From: Candidatus Latescibacterota bacterium
GTDB taxonomy: Bacteria > Latescibacterota > UBA2968
DNA length: 64,000 nucleotides
Direction: 5' to 3'
Assembly (NCBI GenBank): GCA_965198115.1
Contig: OZ240241.1
Coordinates: forward strand, 4,416,001 to 4,480,000
The position numbers and the translations under genes are program-made. Positions 10,679 to 21,421 of this stretch are shown here, piece by piece. Each line of letters opens with the position of its first letter. Positions within the stretch are counted from its first letter, which is position 1. The notes beneath the pieces are model-generated. The model was given only the letters and a program-made list of their open reading frames with translations. It was not told the DNA's origin and did not search any database.

Positions 10679-11188
10679 TCAGGACACCTGTGTGGCTTCG
10701 CGTTTGACCAGCACAACGACGCCGATCAGCGCGACGAGCAGGATGAGCGAAGCGACCTCGAACGGGAACAGGAAATCCGTGTAGAGCAGTTTACCGATAG
10801 TCGGGACGTTCTCTGTCAACAGAGCTTCATTCTCGGCCGGGGGTCCGAGTTGTCGTGCGCCCATCGCGCCGAGATGGGCGACAAGGAGCGCACACAGAAA
10901 GAGGATGGCCGTTCCACGATATCGACTCGTCATAGGCTCGAGTGTTTCAGGGTGACCCAGGTTCAGGAGCATGATGACGAACAGGAAGAGCACCATCACG
11001 GCGCCCGCGTAGACGATGATCTGCACGGCCGCGAGAAAATAGGCGTTCAGCAACACAAAAAGCCCTGCCACCGCGAAGAGCGTCGCGACAAGAGACAGGG
11101 CGCTGTAGACCGGATTTCGGAATAGGACGAGGAGCACGGCGGACGCAACCGCAACGGTTGCGAGCACGTAAAAGGCCGCAGTCTCCAT
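10679..11188 (-). CDS. nuoJ: NADH-quinone oxidoreductase subunit J
   Basis: QIIVYAGAVMVLFLFVIMLL, FPFEVASLILL. Confidence 0.95.
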   Translation of the reverse strand: METAAFYVLATVAVASAVLLVLFRNPVYSALSLVATLFAVAGLFVLLNAYFLAAVQIIVYAGAVMVLFLFVIMLLNLGHPETLEPMTSRYRGTAILFLCALLVAHLGAMGARQLGPPAENEALLTENVPTIGKLLYTDFLFPFEVASLILLVALIGVVVLVKREATQVS

Positions 11189-11224
11189 CTCCCCCCCTTA
11201 GGAATCGACGGCGTCGTCGAAAAG

Positions 11225-12262
11225 CTACCGGTTCAGCGTCAGATAAAGACCGGTCAGGAACACGTTCAACAAGGCAAGCGGCAGCAGATACTTCCACCCC
11301 AGACGCATGACTTGATCATACCGGAAGCGTGGTACCGTCCACCTTACCCAAATGAACAGGAACAGGAAGAAAGCTGTCTTCGCCGCGAAAACCAGCACCT
11401 TCAAAAGGCTCAGGGCGAAGGAAGCGTCCTTCGGGTCGACACCCGGCAAATGCCACCCGCCGAAGAACAACGTTGCGATCAAGGCCGATGCCGTAATCAT
11501 GTGGGCGTATTCGGCCATGAAGAACATCGCGAATTTCATGCTGCTGTATTCGGCGTGATAGCCGGCGACGAGCTCTTGCTCGGCCTCGGGCAGGTCGAAC
11601 GGAAGCCGGTTCGTCTCGGCAAACACAGAAACCATGAACACCAGACAGGCAATCGGTTGCGTAAACACGAACCAGGCGGGCAGAACACCCAGAATCGTTC
11701 CGTTCGCCTGCAGGTTCACCACGTCCGAAAGCTTAAGCGATCCTGCGACCATCAGAACGCCGATCAGGGAGAGACCGAGCGAAAGTTCGTAGCTGATCAT
11801 CTGCGCCGACGCCCGAACGGCGCCCATCAGGGCGTACTTGTTGTTCGAGGCCCAGCCACCCAGCACCACACCGTAGACACCGAGTGAACTCACGGCTAGG
11901 ACGTAGAGAATTCCGATATCCGCGTCCGAAATGATCAGTTGGACTTCGTGCCCGAGCACCATCAGCGTGTCGCCGAACGGCACTACGGCGAACCCCATCA
12001 ACGCCGGAACCAGAATCACCGCCGGCGCGATCAGGTAGATCGCCTTGTTCACGTGGTTGGGGATGACGTCTTCTTTGAGGATGAACTTGAGGCCGTCGGC
12101 CAGCGGTTGTAGGAGACCCCACGGTCCGACGCGATTCGGACCCAAACGATTCTGGATGTAGGCGCTTACCTTGCGTTCGGCCAGAACCACATACGCGACC
12201 GTCGTAATGATGACACCCAGGACGATCGCGATCTTGATCAGACTCTCGAGCGCGTAATCCAT
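11225..12262 (-). CDS. nuoH: NADH-quinone oxidoreductase subunit H
   Basis: [43 protein letters not shown]. Confidence 0.95.
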   Translation of the reverse strand: MDYALESLIKIAIVLGVIITTVAYVVLAERKVSAYIQNRLGPNRVGPWGLLQPLADGLKFILKEDVIPNHVNKAIYLIAPAVILVPALMGFAVVPFGDTLMVLGHEVQLIISDADIGILYVLAVSSLGVYGVVLGGWASNNKYALMGAVRASAQMISYELSLGLSLIGVLMVAGSLKLSDVVNLQANGTILGVLPAWFVFTQPIACLVFMVSVFAETNRLPFDLPEAEQELVAGYHAEYSSMKFAMFFMAEYAHMITASALIATLFFGGWHLPGVDPKDASFALSLLKVLVFAAKTAFFLFLFIWVRWTVPRFRYDQVMRLGWKYLLPLALLNVFLTGLYLTLNR

Positions 12263-12264
12263 CT

Positions 12265-13869
12265 TCAGTCTGCCGCCTCGATCTGGAGTCCTTCCGAGCC
12301 GATCGTTTCGCGGCTGACCTCGCTGTAGGACTCCACCGAACGGGCGACCTCGGCCACGACGCCGTCTACATCCTCCATCGTGAACTCACACCCCATCGCA
12401 TTGCTCAAATCTCGAAGGATCTCCCAATCGCCTCGCGCATCTCCGGGCGGTTCCAGCCCCGAGTTCAATCCCTGAACCCGTCCAGCATAATTTGTGAACG
12501 TGCCCGACTTTTCGATGAATGCGGCCCCGGGCAACACGACGTGCGCGGCTCGGCTGACGTCGGATTCGAGGATGTCCTGAACGACGAGTAGATCGAGACC
12601 CGCCAAGGCGTCGAGCTCGGCATCACCGTACGTGGCGATCGGATTCCCCCCGAGCAAAATCAGCGCCTTAATGCTTCCGTCTCGAATTCCCTGCCAAATG
12701 TCATCGGTCGGCGCCAGCGACAGACCCACCGCAGCCAGGATTTCCTTCGCGCCCCGAGCATTCGGAGCCTTGTCCGCGTGAATTGTGAACCCGCTCTTGA
12801 AAACCACGTCCCCTTCCGAGGCCGTCGCGTCCTGAAGGGCGACCGTTCCGCCACCGATTCCGTCCGTGAACAGTTTACCGAACAGGAACTGCTCCTCGTT
12901 CGTAAGGTGTGGCGACGCCAGACCGGCGATTGCTTCGACTCCGTGCTCCGATTTGATGGACTCGAGCTTCTCGCGTATGTGCTCGATCGCCACGTTCCAT
13001 AGAACGAGATTCTGGTCGTCATCTTTCCCGATCGTCGGGAACAAGAGTCGTTCGTCCGCGTGGACGTATCCCCAACCGTGACGGCCGTCGTCGCACATCC
13101 AGTAGTCATTCACACCCGAGTTCTCGCGAGGAACGAGCCGGTAAATGCGCTCCTTGTTCACATCCGCCCTGATGTTGCAACCCGTGCTGCAGCCGGGGCA
13201 GATCGTATCCGCACTCTGCAAGAGCCACACACGCTGCTTGAACAGAAACTCCTTGTCGAGCAACGCGCCCACGGGACAGATATCGACCGTATTGCCCGAC
13301 AGACGGTTGTCCATCGGCGCGCCCGGAAAAATGTCGATCTCGTTGTGGACACCACGGTTGAAATAGCCCAGTTCGCTCGTGCCCGAGATTTCGTCGCAGA
13401 AGCGCACGCACCTCGTACAACGAATACATCGATCGGAGTAAAGGAGAACGTGCTCGCCGATGTCCTTCTTCGGCTGAATGTGTTTATGCTCGTGATACCG
13501 GCTATGGTCGGCGCCGTATGTGTAGCTGTAGTCCTGAAGCTCACACTCCCCTGCCTGGTCACACACCGGACAATCGAGCGGATGATTGATGAGAAGGAAT
13601 TCCATCGTGGCGTTCTGGTTTTCCTTCACCGCATCCGACTGCGTGTCGACCACCATGCCCTCTGCGGGCATGGCCGTGCAAGACGGCAGCATGCCGCGGC
13701 GTCCACCCACCTCGATTTCGACCAGGCACATGCGGCAATTCGCCGGCGCGCTCAGCCCGGGGTGATAGCAATAGTGTGGTATCGTCACGCCGTAATCGGC
13801 GGCGATCTGGAGAACGTTTTTGCCCTGCTCGATCTCGATTTCTTGTCCGTCTATCGTGAACGTCGGCAT
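12265..13869 (-). CDS. nuoG: NADH-quinone oxidoreductase subunit G (short, 534 aa)
   Basis: PHYCYH...CRMCLVE, HPLDCPVCDQAGEC, CIRCTRC, CPGCSTGC...C Fe-S motifs. Confidence 0.93.
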   Translation of the reverse strand: MPTFTIDGQEIEIEQGKNVLQIAADYGVTIPHYCYHPGLSAPANCRMCLVEIEVGGRRGMLPSCTAMPAEGMVVDTQSDAVKENQNATMEFLLINHPLDCPVCDQAGECELQDYSYTYGADHSRYHEHKHIQPKKDIGEHVLLYSDRCIRCTRCVRFCDEISGTSELGYFNRGVHNEIDIFPGAPMDNRLSGNTVDICPVGALLDKEFLFKQRVWLLQSADTICPGCSTGCNIRADVNKERIYRLVPRENSGVNDYWMCDDGRHGWGYVHADERLLFPTIGKDDDQNLVLWNVAIEHIREKLESIKSEHGVEAIAGLASPHLTNEEQFLFGKLFTDGIGGGTVALQDATASEGDVVFKSGFTIHADKAPNARGAKEILAAVGLSLAPTDDIWQGIRDGSIKALILLGGNPIATYGDAELDALAGLDLLVVQDILESDVSRAAHVVLPGAAFIEKSGTFTNYAGRVQGLNSGLEPPGDARGDWEILRDLSNAMGCEFTMEDVDGVVAEVARSVESYSEVSRETIGSEGLQIEAAD

Positions 13870-13875
13870 CGGAGG

Positions 13876-15189
13876 TCAGGCGGCGGTAACGGCCGCTCCC
13901 TTCTGAATGTGCGTCTCGAACTCGTTCCGGAAGGCCTTTATGAACCCGAGCATCGGCCAGGACCAGGACGGGCCGAACAGACAGATCGTAGACATGGCAG
14001 GCGTGAGCAGGGGCGACACGTTGTTGCAAATACTCTCGAGCGTGTCCAGGTCGTCGGGACGGCCCTGGCCGTGTGCAATCCGCCACACGATGTCACGGAC
14101 CCACGGGATACCCTCGCGACAGGGTGTGCACTGCCCGCAGGATTCGTGGGCGTAGAAATTCATCAAGTTGAGACACGCATCGACCATATCGGTCGTATCA
14201 TCCATCACAATGATCCCGCCCGTCCCGAACATACCCTGGAATTCTCCCCGGCCCGGAATCGCCCACAGCTCGGGGTTCATCTCTATGTCCAGCTCATCCG
14301 GTGTCAAAACGGGCGTAGACGATCCTCCGGGAATCACTGCCTTGATCTCGTTGTCATCCCGAATACCACCCGCACATTCGTAGATAATCTCCCTCAGCGT
14401 ACACCCGCCGATCTCCAACTCGAACATCCCGGGATTCTTGACGTGTCCACTCACGCAGTAGATGAAACTGCCCGGGTAGCGTTCACTGCCTATTTCCTTG
14501 AACCACGCAGCCCCGTTCTGGATGATGTGAGGAACGTAGCAGATCGTCTGAACGTTGTTGATCGTCGTCGGACGATCGAAGATGCCCTTCTGAGCGGGGA
14601 ACGGAGGCTTTACGCGAGGCTCGGCACGCTTGCCCTCGAGCGATTGCATCAGCCCCGTCTCCTCACCACAGATATAGGCGCCGGCGCCCGGATGCGTGTA
14701 GACCTCGATGTCGGAACCCGACCCAAGGACGTTCTCGCCAAGATAACCTGCGTCTCGTGCCTGTTGAATGACCTGGTCCATCTGCTCGAGTTCCTCCCAC
14801 ATCTCGCCGCGAATGTAGATGTAGGCGGCCCGGGCACGAATGGCATAGCACGTGATGATCACACCTTCGAGCAACTGATGGGGGTTTCTGTTCACCAGTT
14901 GGCGGTCCTTGAACGTCCCCGGTTCGCTCTCGTCGCAGTTCACGCAGAGATAGGACGGGCCATCCGGCTCCTTGGGCATAAAACTCCACTTCATACCCGT
15001 ACTGAACCAAGCACCGCCACGCCCTGCAAGAGCCGACTCCTGGATTTCAGTGATCACCTCGTCAGGCGTCATCGACTTGAAGGCTTTCTCGAGCGCCTCG
15101 TAGCCACCGTGCCGCTTGTAGACGTTTATGTCACCCAAACCGTCGACTTCTTGTAACTTGGTCAGGATCTTGCACTCTTTAATGGGCAT
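13876..15189 (-). CDS. nuoF: NADH-quinone oxidoreductase subunit F
   Basis: GRGGAWF, DESEPGTFKDR, GAGAYICGEET, ESCGQCTPCREG. Confidence 0.95.
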   Translation of the reverse strand: MPIKECKILTKLQEVDGLGDINVYKRHGGYEALEKAFKSMTPDEVITEIQESALAGRGGAWFSTGMKWSFMPKEPDGPSYLCVNCDESEPGTFKDRQLVNRNPHQLLEGVIITCYAIRARAAYIYIRGEMWEELEQMDQVIQQARDAGYLGENVLGSGSDIEVYTHPGAGAYICGEETGLMQSLEGKRAEPRVKPPFPAQKGIFDRPTTINNVQTICYVPHIIQNGAAWFKEIGSERYPGSFIYCVSGHVKNPGMFELEIGGCTLREIIYECAGGIRDDNEIKAVIPGGSSTPVLTPDELDIEMNPELWAIPGRGEFQGMFGTGGIIVMDDTTDMVDACLNLMNFYAHESCGQCTPCREGIPWVRDIVWRIAHGQGRPDDLDTLESICNNVSPLLTPAMSTICLFGPSWSWPMLGFIKAFRNEFETHIQKGAAVTAA

Positions 15190-15192
15190 TGG

Positions 15193-15672
15193 TCAGTCCA
15201 GCTCCGCCATCAGTTCGTCCAATCGATCGGGCGAAAGGTTTCGATACAGCTTGTCATCGACTCGAATCGCCGGAGCACCTTCGCACGCGGCGATGCACTC
15301 AGCCTTGGCCAGCGTCCATTTTCCATCCGCCGACGTGCCTTCGACATCGACCTGAAGCTTCTCCTTGAGATGCTCGACCAGGCTCTTCGCTCCACAGAGC
15401 GCACACGAAAGCGTGCTGCACACCTGAATGACGTGCTGCCCGACGGGGGCCTTGAAAAACATCGGATAAAAACTCATCACGCCTGCTGCACGCGCGGGAG
15501 GCATATCCAGCATCTCGGCAACGATCTTGAGCCCGTCCATCGGGACATAGCCCCACTCCCTCTGGACGGCGTGCAACACCGGAAGGATCGCAGCCTCCTT
15601 CCAATCGTCCGGATACCGGCCGATGATTTCTTCGCACTTCGCACGCGTCTCGTCTGTCAACTCAATCGCCAT
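15193..15672 (-). CDS. nuoE: NADH-quinone oxidoreductase subunit E
   Basis: CSTLSC...ECIAAC 2Fe-2S motif. Confidence 0.93.
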   Translation of the reverse strand: MAIELTDETRAKCEEIIGRYPDDWKEAAILPVLHAVQREWGYVPMDGLKIVAEMLDMPPARAAGVMSFYPMFFKAPVGQHVIQVCSTLSCALCGAKSLVEHLKEKLQVDVEGTSADGKWTLAKAECIAACEGAPAIRVDDKLYRNLSPDRLDELMAELD

Positions 15673-15860
15673 ACATTCTCATCTCGTCTCATCTGCGCGA
15701 CAAACATCGCGCGAGGACCGACACTTCGACTCCGCTCAGTGCGATGGTACGTTGCTGGCTATCAAGAGCGGAGCCATGCAAGCGCCTATGCGTCCCGGGT
15801 GTACCGCCGGGCCCGTTCCTTGAATAGGCCACCTGGGCTCCGGCTCCCCAGTGGCTGCTT

Positions 15861-17647
15861 TTATCTGTCGAGCTCACCCGCGATTACATTGATGCTCCCG
15901 AGGACGGCGATCGCGTCTGAAATCATGTGGCCGTCTATCATCTCCGGATAGGCCTGGTAGTTCATAAAGGAAGGCGCCCGGACGCGCATCCGATAGGCAT
16001 AGCCCGTGCCATCGCTCACCACGTAGAACCCGAGTTCCCCGTTCGGAGCTTCGGTCGGGACATACGCTTCACCCGGTTCGGGCGTCAGTCCGTGCCCGTC
16101 CATCAGAACCTTGAAGTGGTGAATCAGTGACTCCATGCCGAAATCGACCTGGCCTTTTTCCGGCAGAATGACTTTGGCGTCTTCGACCTTGACGGGTCCC
16201 TTGGGCATTTTATCGAGCGCTTGCTCGATGATGCTCTGAGACTGCCTCAGCTCTTCCATTCGGACCAGGTAGCGGTCGTACGTATCCCCGTTTTCCCCGA
16301 TGGGAATGTCGAAGTCGAGATCGGGAAACACCAGAAAAGGCTCCTGCTTCCGAATATCGTAGTCCACACCCGAACCGCGCAACATCGGCCCGGTCATATT
16401 CCAGTTGATCGCATCCTCGCCGGAGATGACACCGATGTCCTTCGTTCGGTCGATCCAAATGCGGTTCCGCGTCAACAGACGCTCCACTTCTTCCATCGCG
16501 GCGGGAAACTGCGCGACGAAATCGAGTACGACTTCGCGGAAGTTGTCCGGCACATCCCATCCCAAACCACCAATACGGGTGTAACTCGTCGTCAGTCGAG
16601 CACCCGTCACCAGTTCGAAGATGTTGTAACAGCGCTCACGTTGCTCGAATGTATAGAGGAACACCGTAAAAGCACCGATGTCGAGCGCGTGTGTACCCAG
16701 CCAGACCATGTGGTCGGCGATGCGCGACAGCTCCCAAAGAATCGTCCGGATGTACAGGGCCCGCTCAGGAACGTCGAGCTCCATCAGCCGCTCGACGGCA
16801 GCGGAGTACGCGATGTTGTTGCACAGGGGCGAGAGATAATTCATCCGGTCGGTGACCGTCACGTACTGATTGTATGTATGATGCTCGCCCAGCTTCTCGA
16901 AACCCGTATGGAGGTAGCCGATGTCGGGTATGCACCGGACGATTCGCTCGCCGTCCAACTCCAGCGTCAGCCTCAGTGTCCCGTGCGTCGCCGGATGCTG
17001 CGGGCCCAGGTTGAGAACCATACGCTCCGACAAGAGCGCGTCGTCGACCTCTTCTTCTTCCTCTCCAGCGTAGGGATTGCCGAGAAAGCCGGGATCCTCG
17101 GGCGCTATGACGTCTCGCTCCCCAACCCCTTGGACAGGATAGTCCTTCCGCAGGGGAAAGTGCTCGAAGTTGACGGGCATCAGAATCCGACGAAGGTCAG
17201 GGTGTCCCTCGAATCGAATCCCGAACATATCGAAGACTTCGCGCTCGGGCCACTCAGCCCCTCTGTGGATGGAAGCGACCGAGGGGATGGTGCAGCCATC
17301 CTCCGAAACCTGAGCGCGTAACCGGAGACGTCGATTGTGTGGATGGGAATAAAGGTGGTAAACGACATTGAAGCGTGGACCATCGGGCGGGTGCCCGGGG
17401 TAGGTGCTATAGTCCACCGCGCTCACGTCGCTGAGCCGATCGAATGACAGCTCGGGATCGTCCTTTAGGAAGGACAGAATGTCTCGAATTCGAGATTTGG
17501 TGCAGACGACCGTCGTTTCGCCGTAGGATTCGGAGACTTCGATGATCTCATCGCTGAAGCGATCCTGAAGCGCCCGAGCCGCGGGATCATCGACCTCCGG
17601 CACGACCGCTTCTGTTTCGACCGTCTCCGTCGCGTTTTCCTCGGCCA

Positions 17648-17648
<1 letters not shown>
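15861..17648 (-). CDS. nuoCD: NADH-quinone oxidoreductase fused subunit C/D
   Basis: EREVFDMFGIRFEGHPDLRRI (NuoC) fused to LGPQHPATHG...GYLH...GELDR (NuoD). Confidence 0.95.
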
Positions 17649-18132
<484 letters not shown>

Positions 18133-18142
<10 letters not shown>

Positions 18143-18498
18143 TCGAGCCCTCCCTTTCGCCACACATAGGCAAATCCCAGAATCAGGACCCCTAGGAAAA
18201 CCACCATCTCCGTAAAAACGAAAGACCCCTGAGCCAGCAGATCCTTGAAGACGACGGCCCAGGGGTAGAGAAATACCACTTCGATGTCGAAGATGATAAA
18301 AAGCATCGCAACGAGGTAGAACTTGACGCTGAATCGCAAACGGGCGTCGCCGATGTTGGGAACGCCCGACTCGTAGGGAGAGAGCTTGACGGGATTGGGC
18401 TTGCGAGGACCGACCAGGTGGGTGATACCGAGGTTGACGGCGGCGAACCCTGCCGCGACGAACAGCAGCAGAACAATCGGGAGGTAATCGCTCAGCAT
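18133..18498 (-). CDS. nuoA: NADH-quinone oxidoreductase subunit A
   Basis: From ATG 18498: [33 protein letters not shown]. Confidence 0.95.
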
Positions 18499-18613
18499 AA
18501 CTCTCGTGGTTGACCCCAGGGGCAAAGCAGAGAGGCGAGCACCTAACTTATTGAACAGCATAAGGATACAAGCAGCGAGGTCGCTCACGGTAGTGCCGCC
18601 AAAAACCGCGATA

Positions 18614-18642
18614 ATTATATCACGCAGCCTACTTGATGTCAA
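18614..18642 (-). promoter_or_regulatory. Consensus sigma70 promoter of the nuo-mrp operon
   Basis: Minus strand TTGACA-17 nt-TATAAT, about 115 nt upstream of nuoA. Confidence 0.85.
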
Positions 18643-18794
18643 GCCAAATTGAAACGAACATTTAACTCTGACGAGCGCCAAAAAGACGCACGATTCGTGC
18701 CTCTCAGCATCGAAATCGGAGCGCATCCAACCTTTACGGTCAGGGCCAGCAGCCCTATTCTCTACAGGATGAACGAACCTCTGGAAGCACCATC

Positions 18795-19817
18795 GTGAGC
18801 GCGCCGACGGTATCGGTGCTCCTGCCGGTCTACAACGGAGAGCCAACGCTCCCGGAAGCCCTCGAGACTCTCCATTCCCAATCATTCGAGCCTTTCGAAG
18901 TGATTGCTGTCGACGATGGATCGACCGATGGAACAGCGCGGATCCTTCAGACGGCAGCTCGGAGAGACGCGCGAATTCGGGTCGTCACACGCCCTCACGC
19001 TGGTCTGATCGACACGCTGAACGCCGGAATCGCCGAATGCAGGGCGCCGTTGATCGCCCGTTTTGACGCCGACGACCGGGCCCTACCCCATCGACTCGAG
19101 CGACAGGTCGCTTTCCTTAGCGACCATCCAGAAATCGCCGCGGTGGGATCTCAGGTGCGGTGCTTTTCAGAAAGCGGGGTGGCGGAAGGATTCAGGGTCT
19201 ACGAGAGATGGATCAACACCCTCATCACGCACGAGGACATCGCGCGTGAAATCTACATCGAGAGCCCACTCGTTCATCCATCCGTCACTCTGAGACGTGC
19301 GGTCCTGGATGAAGTTGAAGGGTACCAAGAACGCGGCTGGGCCGAGGACTACGATCTCTGGCTGCGAATCCACTCAGCGGGTTATGCTATGGGCAAGATC
19401 CCAGAAGTTCTGCACGAGTGGCGCGAGGGCGAGACTCGCCTCACGAGAACCGACGCGCGATACTCGGTCGAAAACTTCCTCAGAGCAAAGGCTCACTATC
19501 TTGGACTCGGCCCCCTCTCCAACCACAAAGCCTGCATCGTGTGGGGCGCCGGCCAAATGGGAAGACGGCTTTCCAAACATCTGCAGAGAGAGAACATACG
19601 GATCCACGCTTTCGTCGACATCGACCCCAAGAAGATCGGCAACACGCGCAGAGGGGCACCGATCATCGCACCTGGTGACCTGAACACGGCTCGTCGAGAG
19701 GCCGGCAACCCGATGGTTCTCGCTGCTGTACCTTCACGAGGCGCCCGCGACCTCATTCGCGGAAACCTGAACGATCTGGGTTTGGTCGAAACCGTAGACT
19801 ACGTTTGCGTCGCCTAA
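18795..19817 (+). CDS. GT2 glycosyltransferase with C-terminal Rossmann-like domain
   Basis: VSVLLPVYN, VDDGSTD, ARFDADD, AEDYDLWLR; C-terminal WGAGQMG. Confidence 0.88.
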   Translation: MSAPTVSVLLPVYNGEPTLPEALETLHSQSFEPFEVIAVDDGSTDGTARILQTAARRDARIRVVTRPHAGLIDTLNAGIAECRAPLIARFDADDRALPHRLERQVAFLSDHPEIAAVGSQVRCFSESGVAEGFRVYERWINTLITHEDIAREIYIESPLVHPSVTLRRAVLDEVEGYQERGWAEDYDLWLRIHSAGYAMGKIPEVLHEWREGETRLTRTDARYSVENFLRAKAHYLGLGPLSNHKACIVWGAGQMGRRLSKHLQRENIRIHAFVDIDPKKIGNTRRGAPIIAPGDLNTARREAGNPMVLAAVPSRGARDLIRGNLNDLGLVETVDYVCVA

Positions 19818-19838
19818 CCGGAATGTGAGATCCACATC

Positions 19839-20423
19839 ATGCTCGAATGGCTCAAATCGATCTTTACCGGAGACAGCCCCCCCGTCGACGAGCCTCTGCC
19901 ACAGCTCGAGATGTTGCGCGATCACCTCAACGACCTGCCAGCCATCGTCATCCCCAATGGCTACGAATTGCGCACCTATCGAGACGGGGACGAACAGGCT
20001 TGGTGCGACATCATGGAAAACAACGTCGGTCAGAACTGGACGCGGGAGCGGTGCCGTATGCGCCTGATCGACGATCCGCGTTTCGACGGAGAAAATCTGT
20101 TCTTCGCGGTCCACGATGGGAAACCCGTTGCCAGCGCGTGCGCGTGGAAGGCCACGGTCGAAGAATCCGTCATGGGCGAGGTCCATATGGTCGCCGCCCT
20201 CGAATCCTACCGTGGCAAAGGTCTCGGACATCTCGTCAACACAGCCGTTCTCCACAGACTCCAAGAGCTCGGTTTCCAAAAGAGCCATCTGAAGACCGAC
20301 GACTACCGGCTGGCTGCCATTAACTCCTACCTCAAGGCCGGATTCGAACCCCTCAACACGCATATCAGCCACGCTGAGCGATGGGAAGCGATTATGGAAC
20401 GCCTGGAAGAAGGGCGAGCTTAA
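19839..20423 (+). CDS. GNAT acetyltransferase
   Basis: YRGKGLG acetyl-CoA motif, AINSYLKAGF. Confidence 0.85.
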   Translation: MLEWLKSIFTGDSPPVDEPLPQLEMLRDHLNDLPAIVIPNGYELRTYRDGDEQAWCDIMENNVGQNWTRERCRMRLIDDPRFDGENLFFAVHDGKPVASACAWKATVEESVMGEVHMVAALESYRGKGLGHLVNTAVLHRLQELGFQKSHLKTDDYRLAAINSYLKAGFEPLNTHISHAERWEAIMERLEEGRA

Positions 20424-20516
20424 TGGCACAGAGGTTATTGTCACCCCGACACGCCTCTTTGCGCCAACCAGCTGAGAATCACCTCCTTCCCGAATGCTCG
20501 ATTCTCGATCATCAAT

Positions 20517-21185
20517 TCAATAGTTCATCCCCATCGCAGCCTTGACACGCTCCAACGTCTGCTGACCCCGTATTCGTGCCTGCGACCCACCGAGGTTCAA
20601 CACGTCATTCACGAACGTAGGAACATACGTCTTCACTGCCTCTACAACAGTGTCACCGTCTTCACAGAAGTAAGGGGTCGGAATCGGAAAGACCTCCTCG
20701 TAGGCATCGTTGAACCGGCACGCAACGGCCTGCGCGAGCTCGATGTTCTCCCTTTGACTTTCAAAGACCAGCACGTAACGCGCTCCGAACATGAGAATGT
20801 CGGCGACTTGTGAAACCGGATAGCCCACGACGCTGAGGGACGTTCGTTTGGGCATTTCTCCCTGTTTCCGAATGTGCTTGCTCAGAAGATCCGTCAGCGT
20901 CACGAGGTTTCCCAAGATCATTGTCAGCTCCGACAGTTGTGGTACGGCCGACTGTAGAAAGCAGACCGATTGCTCGGGATCGAACCCGGCTACGAGGAAT
21001 CGTTCGACCGTCGCCTGGATCGCCCGATTCATCTTGATCCCGTGCTGACCCTTCCTCGTCAACGCCTGGTAATCTGCGATCATAAAGTGGCACTGGAACG
21101 TTTCCTGATAACCGAACAGCGGAGCGAGCCTCTCTGTTTTGCCTTCGAGCGCGGGTAGCACACCCGTAATCGCTACATCTCTCAT
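20517..21185 (-). CDS. Shortened tryptophanyl-tRNA synthetase paralog (no HIGH, KMSKS or anticodon domain)
   Basis: IADYQALT, GFDPEQSVCFLQSAVPQLSEL, GYPVSQVADIL, Q..IE..RFNDAY..FPIP and C-terminal QTLERVKAAMGMNY match TrpRS; only 222 aa. Confidence 0.8.
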   Translation of the reverse strand: MRDVAITGVLPALEGKTERLAPLFGYQETFQCHFMIADYQALTRKGQHGIKMNRAIQATVERFLVAGFDPEQSVCFLQSAVPQLSELTMILGNLVTLTDLLSKHIRKQGEMPKRTSLSVVGYPVSQVADILMFGARYVLVFESQRENIELAQAVACRFNDAYEEVFPIPTPYFCEDGDTVVEAVKTYVPTFVNDVLNLGGSQARIRGQQTLERVKAAMGMNY

Positions 21186-21421
21186 CTCGAGCCATCCCTT
21201 CGTCTTTCTTGGAGTCTTGGTGTTTTGGTGGTTTGCTTGTCTAAACGAAAAAAGGCCGCGCACCCCCCGAAGGGACACGCGGCCTTGAGCCAGCATCGAT
21301 CGCGTCCGTCATCCGGTGGTGGGCGTACCTCTCCATCCAGCCACCACCACCAGCCACGAACGCTCGTGTCAGACACCATCGACAGTCTGCTGACACCGTT
21401 CTGCATTCCGTGCACGATCAT
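21182..21421 (-). promoter_or_regulatory. Trp-dependent attenuator 2 (leader ORF with WWWW)
   Basis: TGGTGGTGGTGG at 21352-21341 in an ORF whose ATG overlaps the sigma stop; followed by a GC hairpin and U-tract just upstream of the TrpRS-like gene. Confidence 0.7.
21245..21286 (-). terminator. Intrinsic terminator of attenuator 2
   Basis: AAGGCCGCGTGTCCC-TTCG-GGGGGTGCGCGGCCTT followed by TTTTCGTTT. Confidence 0.85.

Noticed and set aside
13060-15156. 698-aa plus-strand ORF and other long antisense ORFs (7179-8168, 16221-17321, 30273-31313, 53877-55586)
   Set aside because: Shadows of well-supported opposite-strand genes in GC-rich DNA; no motifs
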